NCBI GenBank assembly: GCA_012862495.1 | Contig: BLSG01000354.1 | Span: 95,521-135,862 of the forward strand | DNA: 40,342 nt | DNA from: Thraustochytrium aureum | Taxonomy: Eukaryota | Direction: 5' to 3' | Shown here: positions 1 through 11,100 of the stretch, piece after piece | Layout of the letters: every line of letters starts with the position of its first letter | Position numbering within the stretch: the stretch's first letter is position 1 | Position numbers and translations under genes: made by a program | Notes under the pieces: generated by a model | What the model saw: only the letters and a program-made list of their open reading frames with translations | The model's database searches: none | Told to the model about the DNA's origin: nothing

Positions 1-1005
1 GAGGCCGCAACGCCTGCGGAGATTGCGCCGGCGTCTCAAGTCACCGACGCCAGCGACGGGAGCGAGGTCGGCATCGTCCGCGCCCTCTACCTGGGCACCA
101 CCAAGCGGTTCGGGTTTGCGATCGAGTTTGTCTTCCTGCTGGTCGGGCTCATCTCGATCTTGACCAAGTACACCTCAACCAGCCCGTTCGGCAAGGGCTG
201 CACGGGCTGCCACATCACCGACGCAGACCTGGCGCAGTTCTCGGTCATGACTGGACTTGTTGTTCTCATCGGCGTGTACATGCTCTGGAAAGTCCGCCAC
301 GAGCCCGACCCACTCGGCATCGTGCGCGAGTTGCGCATTTGCATGGTCTGTGGGTTTCTGGCGGTCGTCGGCGTTGTGATTACCATCTCCGATCCCGGGA
401 GCGTGCGCGAGGATGGAACCTTCGACCACATGTGGCTCGTCACGCTGTGCATCTTGTCCTTCCACACCGTCCAGGTGCCTGCGCAAGTGCTCATGACGCA
501 CGAGTCGGGCCGCCGCTTGTGGGCGCGCCTTTTTGGGCGGTCTATGCAGCGTGACTTTACGTTGCAGGAGCTTCTTGACTCCTCGGCGGGCTCGACCGTG
601 TTCGAGCGCTACCTCGCGACCGAGTTTAGCGTCGAGAATTTGTACTTCCTCAACGCCGTGCAAAACTTCAAAGCTCACTTTAGCGATGATGGGCAGACCG
701 TCGAGCGCAACAAGGAGAGCGCCATGGAGTTGTTCCGTATATTTCTCAAGGAAAAGGCGATGCTGGAGGTCAACGTTGGAGCGAGGGTTCGTCGCAAGGC
801 CAAGGTAATGCTCGTCACCGACCAGATCCGCCCCGACATGTTTGACGCGGCCGTGGCCGAGGTCCGAACGATTCTTGAGACCGACTCGTTCCCGCGCTTC
901 CTCTCGTCGACGCTGTTTCGCGACTGGGACAAGTCGCCTCTCGTGGCCAAGGCAGGCACGGTCGCTAAGAGCGCGCAGCCTTCCAAGTTGGGCTCGGTGG
1001 TCTGA
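1..1005 (+). CDS. 7TM-RGS-type protein (multi-pass membrane region plus C-terminal RGS domain), 5' end outside window
   Basis: The frame of ORF 160..1005 is open back to base 1. Hydrophobic helices (FAIEFVFLLVGLISIL, FSVMTGLVVLIGVYMLW, ICMVCGFLAVVGVVITI, WLVTLCILSF) are followed by RGS motifs: LQELL..SAG..VFERYLATEFSVENLYFL, LEVNV, FDAAVAEV..ILETDSFPRFL. Confidence 0.88.
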   Translation, partial: EAATPAEIAPASQVTDASDGSEVGIVRALYLGTTKRFGFAIEFVFLLVGLISILTKYTSTSPFGKGCTGCHITDADLAQFSVMTGLVVLIGVYMLWKVRHEPDPLGIVRELRICMVCGFLAVVGVVITISDPGSVREDGTFDHMWLVTLCILSFHTVQVPAQVLMTHESGRRLWARLFGRSMQRDFTLQELLDSSAGSTVFERYLATEFSVENLYFLNAVQNFKAHFSDDGQTVERNKESAMELFRIFLKEKAMLEVNVGARVRRKAKVMLVTDQIRPDMFDAAVAEVRTILETDSFPRFLSSTLFRDWDKSPLVAKAGTVAKSAQPSKLGSVV

Positions 1006-1766
1006 GCGATCGCAGACCTGTAGCTCTCGCTAGAGCTACAAGCGTGCGCCTTGACAAGTAGAGTATTATACACCCATCTGCCTACAGCGACTTGCAACGA
1101 GGATCCATCCTGCTCGAAAGCGGCGGTCCCGGCCGAGTTCAAAGACCCGCGTTCGAGGCCTTGTTTCTCGGCGTTGCCGAAAAGCACTCGGCCCGCGGGT
1201 AGCGTACTCTACAGTAAAGTAGAGGAGTACTCCCTCTACCAGTAGAGACCAAGTGCACTGAGCCACCCAGTGCCGAGCATGATGTCCTGGGCCTCCTGGC
1301 CATGCCCGTTCGTGCTGGTCAGCCTCACATGGGTCAACGCAGGCTCTTCATGAATGNNNNNNNNNNNNNNNNNNNNNNNNNNNNNNNNNNNNNNNNNNNN
1401 NNNNNNNNNNNNNNNNNNNNNNNNNNNNNNNNNNNNNNNNNNNNNNNNNNNNNNNNNNNNNNNNNNNNNNNNNNNNNNNNNNNNNNNNNNNNNNNNNNNN
1501 NNNNNNNNNNNNNNNNNNNNNNNNNNNNNNNNNNNNNNNNNNNNNNNNNNNNNNNNNNNNNNNNNNNNNNNNNNNNNNNNNNNNNNNNNNNNNNNNNNNN
1601 NNNNNNNNNNNNNNNNNNNNNNNNNNNNNNNNNNNNNNNNNNNNNNNNNNNNNNNNNNNNNNNNNNNNNNNNNNNNNNNNNNNNNNNNNNNNNNNNNNNN
1701 NNNNNNNNNNNNNNNNNNNNNNNNNNNNNNNNNNNNNNNNNNNNNNNNNNNNNNNNNNNNNNNNNG

Positions 1767-1790
1767 GGCAGGCAGGCAGGCAGGCAGGCA
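1767..1790 (+). repeat. (GGCA)n microsatellite at a gap edge, upstream of the TspO-like ATG
   Basis: Six GGCA units read directly. Confidence 0.9.
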
Positions 1791-1857
1791 AGGCCGGTCG
1801 GTGCAGACCCAAGAGGGTCTAGGCGTGTGGTGTGGAGCGGCCGCAGAACGAGGCGCG

Positions 1858-2754
1858 ATGGTCAACGAGGTGCGCGTCGGACGGATCGGCCTAGCGGCGG
1901 CGTTTGCCAGCAACTTTGCCATAGCAGGTGTAGCGTTCGCGCTATACAAGGACGGCACGACACGCGGCGCGCAGTACTCGTACGTGCAGCCGGATGACAA
2001 GACGTTTGGGATCTGGTCGCTCATTTACGCGCTGCACCTGCTGCTCGTGGCGGCGCAGATTTGCTGCGTGAGCGCCCCTGGCTTCGCAGAGGCACGCCCC
2101 TGGCTCGCGTTCAACTACATTTCAAACGGCAGCTGGCTCCTGGTCAACGGGGCGGGGAACGCGGGCTTCTCCTACTGGCTCGCCGTGCTGGTGCTCTGGC
2201 TCAACCTCTACTCGCTCGTGCAGGCTTACCGAGCGCTCGACATCGACTATACAAACCGCAAGGTATCTCCCATCGCCAAGCTTTGCCTGTACGCGCCAGT
2301 GTCGTGCAACCTGAGCTGGGTCGTCCTCGCGGCCGCCGTCAACCTCTCCAACACCCTCTACAACCCAAACGACCCGTCTTCCGTTGCAATTGGCGGGCCG
2401 GACTGGGCCATCGCCGTCGTCGGCCTCGCGACCGCGCTCGCCTGCTCACTCGCTGTGACTCGCCTCGACCTCGGTTACGCCTTTATTGCAGTGTGGGCGT
2501 TTCTCGGGGTGCACCGCAACCAGACTGGCACTGGAGACGGCCCGCTTGCCGCCTCGCCAGAGCTCGACACGATGGCGATCAGCTGCTGCGTGGTGGTTCC
2601 GGTTGCCTGCCTCCTTGGCGCCGCCCTGCACATCTGCTGCCCCACCACCAGGGCGCTCGGCGGCACGGCGGAGGAGAGGACCAGCCTGAGGATGCAGCTC
2701 CCCGAGCTGCGCTCGCCGCAAACCCCGCTGCTCGTCCGCCACAGCCGGGCCTGA
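1858..2754 (+). CDS. TspO/MBR-like (tryptophan-rich sensory protein-like) multi-pass membrane protein
   Basis: ATG at 1858 in the frame of ORF 1354..2754. About 7-8 hydrophobic helices, with motifs YVQPDDKTFGIWSLIY, NGSWLL, SCNLSWVVLA..VN and DLGYAFIAVWAF.GV typical of TspO-like families. Confidence 0.6.
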   Translation: MVNEVRVGRIGLAAAFASNFAIAGVAFALYKDGTTRGAQYSYVQPDDKTFGIWSLIYALHLLLVAAQICCVSAPGFAEARPWLAFNYISNGSWLLVNGAGNAGFSYWLAVLVLWLNLYSLVQAYRALDIDYTNRKVSPIAKLCLYAPVSCNLSWVVLAAAVNLSNTLYNPNDPSSVAIGGPDWAIAVVGLATALACSLAVTRLDLGYAFIAVWAFLGVHRNQTGTGDGPLAASPELDTMAISCCVVVPVACLLGAALHICCPTTRALGGTAEERTSLRMQLPELRSPQTPLLVRHSRA

Positions 2755-3577
2755 ACCAAAGGCATAGCGAAACCAACCAAAGCTTTTACTTCTCCTACAG
2801 GATGCGAGCTGCGGCGCAGGGTTCCTGGCACTTGAGCATGGGCGCAACTCCGCTTTTTCTGCTGTCGCTCCAAACATCTCGAGCTTGGTTTCTTCTCCAA
2901 GGCCCTTGATCAGCAAAACCTACAACAACCACAGGCTCAGAACAGCCTCGCCATCAGCATCAGCATGAGCCACCGCGGGCCAATTGCGACTGGGGTTTCC
3001 TTGATATTTGGTCAAAGTCTCGCACGACCAAGCGCCGTTCGGGGGCGGAATTCGGCTCCAAGAACTTGGACGCCTTGGCGCGTTGAGCGCATACTGGCAC
3101 TGCCCGCCTAGGCCGCGTGCTGGGGCGACGTGGTCGGCGCGCAGAGGTCCGGCAACGCCGCCGACCCTTTCCTGCCGAAGCGCGACGGGGTCGCCTCCAC
3201 GAGGTTCAGAGCGCCCCGCGGGAGCGAGTCCACCGCGCGCACCAAGCGGACGGCGGCCATCTCCCGGTTAGCGGTCTGCTTGAGCCGATCCCCGTGACGG
3301 CTGTGCCGTCCTCCGTCTCAACTACGGCGACGGCTGGCCCGCTCGCGGCCATCGTCGCGGCCATCCTCGCGCCCGCAGTCGTCGCGGCTCCGCCTCGTTC
3401 GGCACGAACGGCAAGCTCAGGGCGGACGAGGCCCAGGTCCTGCCGCCTCCCGCACCGCCTGTCGCCCGAGCTGAGGCCGGAGGGCTAGATCTCGGCGCCA
3501 TGGCGAGCTCCGAAGCTTCCAATTTGGCGTGCGGAAGGTACTTCGGGCAGGAGCACAGACCGTTTCAGGCCGTCACG

Positions 3578-3586
3578 AGCAGCAGC

Positions 3587-3617
<31 letters not shown>

Positions 3618-3624
3618 GAGGAGG
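3578..3624 (+). repeat. (CAG)n/(GAG)n microsatellite upstream of G-alpha
   Basis: Read directly. Confidence 0.9.
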
Positions 3625-3904
3625 TCGCGGAGCTCGGGGCGATCTGCACAGTGGCAAGTAAAGCAGGCGAGCGCGCCGGCTCGGAGCCTGGGGCGCCCCT
3701 GCAGATCCTCGTCGTCTGGGCAGGACCGAGTGTGTGCCCCCGCCCGCAGGCCGCCCACACGCTGCCCGCAGGCCGCGGCGTTCGGCGTCGGCGGCGAGGC
3801 CAACGCCCAGTCGAGCGTGGTCGCCTTGGACAGGTCGCGCCGCAGCTGGGGACGGAAGCGCGAGGGGCAGCCGCGGAAAGCGGAGTGCACTGAAAGCGGC
3901 GGCG

Positions 3905-4782
3905 ATGGGATGTCGGCAGTCCAAGCCGCTGGAGGCGGTGCAGAACGAGCAGATCGCAAAGGACATCCGGCAGCAGAGAAAGCGGGACGGCGAGTTGCTC
4001 AAACTGCTCCTTCTCGGGGCGGGCGACTCGGGCAAGACGACGATCTTCAAGCAAATGCGCATCCTGTACGGCGAAGGCTACAGCGAGGACAAGCGCGCCG
4101 CCCTGCGGTTTGCCGTGTACAACAATCTCATTAGCGGCGCGCAGGCGATCATCCAGGCCTCGCTCGAGGGCGTTGCCGGCAGGCCGCTCCAGGGCGACGC
4201 CAAGGCGCGCGCTGAAACGCTGGCCGCGTTGGCAGAGAACACCGAGCTGACAGGACCCATCGCGGAGTCGATTGCTCTGCTGTGGAACGACCCCGACTTT
4301 CAGGCCACCTGGGACGATCGCTCAAAGTTTCAGGTCCTCGACGGCTGGGAGGATTTCGCCAAGCAGTGCCACAAATACCCAGACTGGGGCGGCCCAGGGT
4401 GGATTCCCAGCGTGCCGGACGCATCCGCGCGCGTGTGCGCACTTCGGGCATCGTCGAGGAGAAGTTTGACATCGACGGGATCAACTTTATCTTGATCGAC
4501 GTCGGCGGACAGCGCAACGAGCGGCGAAAGTGGATCCACTGCTTCCAGGAGGTGACCGCGGTGATCTTCGTCGCGGCAATCTCCGAGTACGACCAGATGT
4601 TGTTCGAAGCGCGAGGCAAAAATAGGCTCGAGGAGGCGCTCGAGCTCTTTGCTGAAATCTCCAACTCGGAGTGGTTTACGCGGACAAACCTCGTGCTATT
4701 TCTCAACAAGAGCGACATCTTCCGCAACAAGCTCTGCGAGCGCAAGATCCCGATCAACGTGTCGGGCCTCTTCCCGACCGCG
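3905..4782 (+). CDS. Heterotrimeric G-protein alpha subunit; 1-bp frameshift near 4421; C-terminus in gap
   Basis: MGC lipidation N-terminus, P-loop LLLLGAGDSGKTTIFKQMRILY, switch I RVRTSG, DVGGQRNERRKWIHCF, VIFVAAISEYDQ, FLNKSD. Joins ORFs 3734..4495 and 4282..5031. Confidence 0.95.
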
Positions 4783-5392
4783 NNNNNNNNNNNNNNNNNN
4801 NNNNNNNNNNNNNNNNNNNNNNNNNNNNNNNNNNNNNNNNNNNNNNNNNNNNNNNNNNNNNNNNNNNNNNNNNNNNNNNNNNNNNNNNNNNNNNNNNNNN
4901 NNNNNNNNNNNNNNNNNNNNNNNNNNNNNNNNNNNNNNNNNNNNNNNNNNNNNNNNNNNNNNNNNNNNNNNNNNNNNNNNNNNNNNNNNNNNNNNNNNNN
5001 NNNNNNNNNNNNNNNNNNGCCCCATGAGTGAACAAACCCGCGCGCGCGCGCGCACGAACCTGTCCTTCCCTGCGCGACTGCCCTTGTTTTTACTTCCGTC
5101 CTTCTCCGTGCCGGCAACCCCTGGCGCAGGTTGTCGGTTGCAGACCTCGCTGCTTGCGACGAAGCTGCGCAGGGCAGCCTCTCCTGCCCGGTGTGGCGAA
5201 GAAACCGATCATGTTGGAGCGCTTTGCGTAGAAAGGGAACTGGTCTTCTCATTACTTTTGTTGCGGATTGCGTTGAGATTCGAGCGCAGTGGATCGACTG
5301 CTTCATCGCTCCCGCAAGTGGTTGGTTGCACAGCGGAAGCGCCCACAAGATGCTCGTCCGGAGCGGGAAACCGTCGCAAGTGGCCTGGTCGT

Positions 5393-6025
5393 TTAGGAAA
5401 AAAACTTGTCCTGGAGCGCCTTCCAGAGCACTAAAACAGGGGCGCGGCGCCAACGGAGCCCTTGGCGTCAGCAAGGTCCTCCGATGGAAGCGGGAATAGC
5501 AAAAGCAATCGCAAACCCCGAGCGAGCGCAACGTACCGGAGAAGAGCATGCCCTGCATGCCGTTCGCGATAATCCGAGTCCCGAGGCCGCGCAGAAACAG
5601 CCCAGAGACGCCGTCCTTGGCCACAATGAGCTTGACCGCATCAGGGTAAGAAATCGGCGTCTCGTAAGTCTGCTTGGTGGTCTTGACGACGCGGATGCTG
5701 TTGCTCGCGCAATCGCTCACCACTGAGCTGCAAAACCCAATAAATGCGTTGCGGCCGAGCTTCTTGATCATCTCGTCATCCCGCGGCATCGGAATCGTCT
5801 CCTGGAGCGTGTTGAACGTTGCAAACCACGGGTAGTGGCCCACCGTGGTGGCCACGGCCGCGCCGATCGAGCCGTGGTACATCACCGTAGGTCCGCCACG
5901 AGCGATCTTGGCCTTGAGCACACTCACGCCTTTGCTCCCCTCGACCTGGAGGATGGTCTTGGCCGTGTCGATGGGCATCAAAAAGATGCGAAACGAGCCA
6001 GCCGCCAGGGAGGCTGCCGCAGTCT
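5393..6025 (-). CDS. Mitochondrial carrier family (SLC25) protein, 3' part; intron 5431-5536; 5' part in gap
   Basis: Carrier signature MPIDTAKTILQ, plus GHYPWF, NSIRVVKTTKQ and GLFLRGLGTRIIANGMQGMLFS. Splicing GTACGT...TTTTAG gives the C-terminus MLFSVLWKALQDKFFS*. Confidence 0.9.
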
Positions 6026-7007
6026 NNNNNNNNNNNNNNNNNNNNNNNNNNNNNNNNNNNNNNNNNNNNNNNNNNNNNNNNNNNNNNNNNNNNNNNNNNN
6101 NNNNNNNNNNNNNNNNNNNNNNNNNNNNNNNNNNNNNNNNNNNNNNNNNNNNNNNNNNNNNNNNNNNNNNNNNNNNNNNNNNNNNNNNNNNNNNNNNNNN
6201 NNNNNNNNNNNNNNNNNNNNNNNNNNNNNNNNNNNNNNNNNNNNNNNNNNNNNNNNNNNNNNNNNNNNNNNNNNNNNNNNNNNNNNNNNNNNNNNNNNNN
6301 NNNNNNNNNNNNNNNNNNNNNNNNNNNNNNNNNNNNNNNNNNNNNNNNNNNNNNNNNNNNNNNNNNNNNNNNNNNNNNNNNNNNNNNNNNNNNNNNNNNN
6401 NNNNNNNNNNNNNNNNNNNNNNNNNNNNNNNNNNNNNNNNNNNNNNNNNNNNNNNNNNNNNNNNNNNNNNNNNNNNNNNNNNNNNNNNNNNNNNNNNNNN
6501 NNNNNNNNNNNNNNNNNNNNNNNNNNNNNNNNNNNNNNNNNNNNNNNNNNNNNNNNNNNNNNNNNNNNNNNNNNNNNNNNNNNNNNNNNNNNNNNNNNNN
6601 NNNNNNNNNNNNNNNNNNNNNNNNNNNNNNNNNNNNNNNNNNNNNNNNNNNNNNNNNNNNNNNNNNNNNNNNNNNNNNNNNNNNNNNNNNNNNNNNNNNN
6701 NNNNNNNNNNNNNNNNNNNNNNNNNNNNNNNNNNNNNNNNNNNNNNNNNNNNNNNNNNNNNNNNNNNNNNNNNNNNNNNNNNNNNNNNNNNNNNNNNNNN
6801 NNNNNNNNNNNNNNNTGCCTGCCTCTGCTTGGCTGACGTGCGACGCCTTGCTCGCACGCAGTGCTCTCTCTCGCAGTGCTCACTCGCAGTTGGGGGTCTG
6901 CTTGTTTCTCTCGAGTGACACGCCTGTGACGCCATGCAAGACTCCACGCAATGGGGTGGAACAGGTAGATCTTGCACGCGAGGACGAGATGGACGCGGCT
7001 GACCCTT

Positions 7008-7065
7008 TGCCTGCCTGCCTGCCTGCCTGCTGGCGGGCTTGCGGGCGGGCGGGCGGGCGGGCGGG
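7008..7065 (-). repeat. (TGCC)n and (GGCG)n microsatellites
   Basis: Read directly. Confidence 0.85.
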
Positions 7066-8174
7066 TGGTCGTCGCGTTCTCGAGCTGCTGCAGGGTTTGT
7101 GGCGTGAAGCGCGAGCCGCTTGGAGCTGCAATGCGTGAGGCGGCGGCTGGAGAGCCTCTCTCCTTCCTGCATTGATCACGCGGCGGGCGGAAACATCATC
7201 GCGGCTGGCCGGCTTGCGGGCTGTGTCGGCGGCAAGTGAGAGGTTGAGGAGCTCGCTGGGTTTCGGAGGTTTGGGCATTTCTGGCGAGAGGCGAGCCGCG
7301 GGCCGAGTTTTGCACGAGTCCTTGGGCTCTCTTGCAGGAAAGCTGCCTACATCCGCTGCTATAACCCACGGCAGTCGCATGGAGTCATCCGCTCGGCGGC
7401 AGCATCGGCAGGAAGCACAAGGCAAGCCCGGCGTCAGCACGCTGTTCTTCCGTTGCGATGTCGTGTGCTTCGTTCACCTGTTCCGCCTGTTCCGCAGCAG
7501 CTCGTTGTTCGCCGCTCTCGAGCCAGCTGCGCTGCGCTGCTCGAGCGAGCCATAGGTAAGTAGGCGTCGCGCAAAGCGAGCGCGGCGAGCCAGCCGCCCG
7601 GGCGGCTGGACGCACGGCGGCAGAGCGGGTGAGCACCCTCGCCGTCCACGGTTTCGCCGCTTCAAGTTGCTGATGACGTCACCTCGCNNNNNNNNNNNNN
7701 NNNNNNNNNNNNNNNNNNNNNNNNNNNNNNNNNNNNNNNNNNNNNNNNNNNNNNNNNNNNNNNNNNNNNNNNNNNNNNNNNNNNNNNNNNNNNNNNNNNN
7801 NNNNNNNNNNNNNNNNNNNNNNNNNNNNNNNNNNNNNNNNNNNNNNNNNNNNNNNNNNNNNNNNNNNNNNNNNNNNNNNNNNNNNNNNNNNNNNNNNNNN
7901 NNNNNNNNNNNNNNNNNNNNNNNNNNNNNNNNNNNNNNNNNNNNNNNNNNNNNNNNNNNNNNNNNNNNNNNNNNNNNNNNNNNNNNNNNNNNNNNNNNNN
8001 NNNNNNNNNNNNNNNNNNNNNNNNNNNNNNNNNNNNNNNNNNNNNNNNNNNNNNNNNNNNNNNNNNNNNNNNNNNNNNNNNNNNNNNNNNNNNNNNNNNN
8101 NNNNNNNNNNNNNNNNNNNNNNNNNNNNNNNNNNNNNNNNNNNNNNNNNNNNNNNNNNNNNNNNNNNNNNNNNN

Positions 8175-11100
8175 CGACATGGCCTGGGGGCGCCCAGAGT
8201 GGCCCGATGACGCCCAGGCCGCCTCGAAGGCAGCGCTTGACCAGCTCGGCCAGGGTCTCGGGGGGCAGAGCGCTGGCGCAGCGTACATTGCCATCCTTGG
8301 AGACAAGTACGGCTCGCTGCAGTTCCCTGCTGAGATCGACGAGGCGATGTTTGAGTCTCTCCGCAAAGTTGGCCGCGACCCAGGCGAGCTCCTCGAAAGG
8401 TGGTTTCGCCTCGACCGCAACCGAGCAAGCCCGGCTTTCGTTCTTGTCGCTGCGTCAGACAACATACCTCTTTTTGACAGCGCTGACCCCGCCTCGGAGC
8501 ACACAAAAGAGTGGACAGAAGTGCAACGCCCAGCCTTGCAGCGCGTCCTGCATGCGGCAGCCCTCAAGCTTTCGCAGCTTGAGGGACGCCCGGAGCTCGC
8601 GCACCCCTTTGCGGCTTCCTTTGTCGACGCTCACCTAACCCGGGCCTTGGACGACCAGCGCTCGCACGGCATCGTGGTACTCCGCGAGTTTTGCCACAAC
8701 GAGCACGGGCTGTCGCTCAATGATGGCGCGTACACTGACATTGGCGACAACAACCAGGTCGAGCACGCTCGAAACGCTCTCGGCAGTCTCCGTGACCGTG
8801 CGCGGCGTCAAGCGAGGCCTGGGGGCATCCTCGAGTTTGCGGTCGACTTGGGCGACCGGTTCGACCCGATTCGCAACACGTCCCATGCCGCATATATGAA
8901 CCGTATGTTGGGGGACCTAACTAGGGCAGTGGAACAAAGCATCGCAGAGCGCGCCTGCCACTGGCCCGACGCCGTTTTCGACGAGGCGCAGGCGCACCTG
9001 CACCTCGCGCACAAAATCACCGATTCTGGCTCCCCGTCGGGTCGAGCCTTTGTGGCAAGGCCGGAGCTCCAGCAGGCCTTGCACGTGGCACTGCGTAGCT
9101 CACCAACTGTCTTGCTGCACGGCGCCGCCGGCGTCGGCAAGACCTGGGCGCTTGCTCGAGCGGCAACGGATTTCGCGAGGGCCAATCCGCGCGCTGTGGT
9201 CGTCACCCGCTTCCTTGGCGCCACGCCGGGGTCATCAGCGGTCTTGCCGCTGCTGGCAAGTCTGTCGGACCAGATCTTTCGCGCTTATGGCAAGCCTGCT
9301 CCACAGCATACTCCGCCGACAGACTACTCGAGGACGGTCTCGTCGCTGTGGGCGGCCTTTGCACTAGCAACAGAGGAAGCGCCACTGGCCGTTTTCGTGG
9401 ACGGCGTGGACGTCCTTGCAAGCCAGAGCGACCCGGCAAATGCAATCGCGTGGCTCCCTAGCAGGGACGCGCTACCGCGTTTGTCTCAGTCCTCGTGTCC
9501 GCCCGCGTCCCCGAGGCAACGGACGACACGCAACTCACAAACCCGCTCGCAGTCGGCGCCAAAATACTCGAGTCGCTTCGCCTCAAGCGGTACACGCGCG
9601 AGATATGCGTTCCGAGGATCGACGCAGCTCTGGAAGCTCCTGCTGTTCTCGATGCGCTGCTCGCGAGCCTCGGCCGCCAGCTTTCCGACGGACAAAGCTC
9701 CGCGGTGCTGGAATTCCTTGCGCGCTCACCAGACCGCTCGCACCGTCTGCTGTCCATTCTTTGCCTCGAAGCGCGCAAATGGCGCTCGTTCGATCCGGTC
9801 CCAGCGAGCCTGGCTCGGGGGCCAGACCAGTCCGCAGGGCCCTTCGCTGGAACGCAATCGCCGTGCAAACCATTTTGCACGGCTTGAACGCAACTTGGGA
9901 GCGCCGCTCGTCAGCAAAGCGCTCGGCTTGATCGCTGCTTCCAGGGCCGGCCTGTCGCTAATGGAGCTTCAAGACCTCCTGTCGCTCGACAACGCAGTCC
10001 TTGCGCACGAGTCGTGCTTTACGTCGACAAACCCGCCAACCGTTCCGCGCGTTCCAGTCGCCCCTCTGGCGCAACTAGTCACCGAGCTCACGCCGCTCTT
10101 TGCGCCGCTGCAAGGCGCCTGGGCGGGTCTGTTTCGCTTTGCATGTGGCAGCCTCGGCGATTTCGCATTCGAACAGTTTCAGCGCAGGGCAACTTTGGGC
10201 CAGCCGCGCGCAGAGTTGGCCGCTTCTCTGGCCAAGTACTTTGGCGGAGCTCCGATCGTAGACAGCGTCGACATTCCACACCTCAACCTCCAACTTGGGC
10301 CCAACCGCCTCGTGCTCACGCAACCGCTCGAGATCACTAGCCTCAAAGCTCCTCTGGCTCTGGCCGAGGGGGTGCTCGCCGGGGCCGCGGGGGCGGGCCG
10401 AAACCGTGTTCTTCGCCCCAACGATCGCCGGATCGAAGAGCTCCCAGCCGCCCTCCTCGAGGCCGGCGACAAGCAGAGCTACGTCAAAGCCCTTTGCGAC
10501 CCGGCCTACATCCGCGCGGTGGTGCAGGCCGGCGGTCTCGAGAAGCTGGTGGCGCAGCTACGAACTCCCGGCCTGCCCAGCCCCGAGACGCGCTACCTGC
10601 TCGCGCGCGCCCTGGTTCAAGGGCAGAGCGAGTTCTGCGCAAGGTTGGAGGTGCTAGAAGAGCAGCTTTGGGGCCGACTTTGCCCCGTCCTCGGACCCAG
10701 GCACGAGCTTGTTGCCAAGCTCGACAAACTGAGGGCTGCAAAACCGGGACTCCACGCTCGATGGAGCAACATGCTTGAGCCCGCCAACGGCCCATTCGCC
10801 ACGACGATTGCCGGCCATGCGCGCCCCCTGGCCTCTGTGTGCGGCGTCCGCCTCAAGTCTGGACGGCGCGTCATCGTCTCCGGAAGCAAGAGCTCTGCGG
10901 TCAAGCTCTGGGACCTGGAGACCGGGCACCTCCTGGCGGACTGCCAGATCCACGACCCTACCGGCCCGCCGGCGGCCGCCATGTGCGCAATCGAACTCTG
11001 GGACGGCAGGACGCTCGTTGCAAGTGCGTTGGGCGCCGCAGTCAAGCTATGGAACGCCGAGACGGGCTCGCTGCACGCCACCTGCGAGGGCCACACGATG

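Noticed and set aside
3008..3522. Short ORFs on both strands between the TspO-like gene and G-alpha
   Set aside because: No consistent frame or recognisable domain; may be UTR or promoter.
6880..7687. ORFs 7172..7555 and 6880..7440; RRFKLLMTSP before the gap might begin the DUF4062 domain
   Set aside because: Exon structure cannot be established next to the gap, so it was not annotated.
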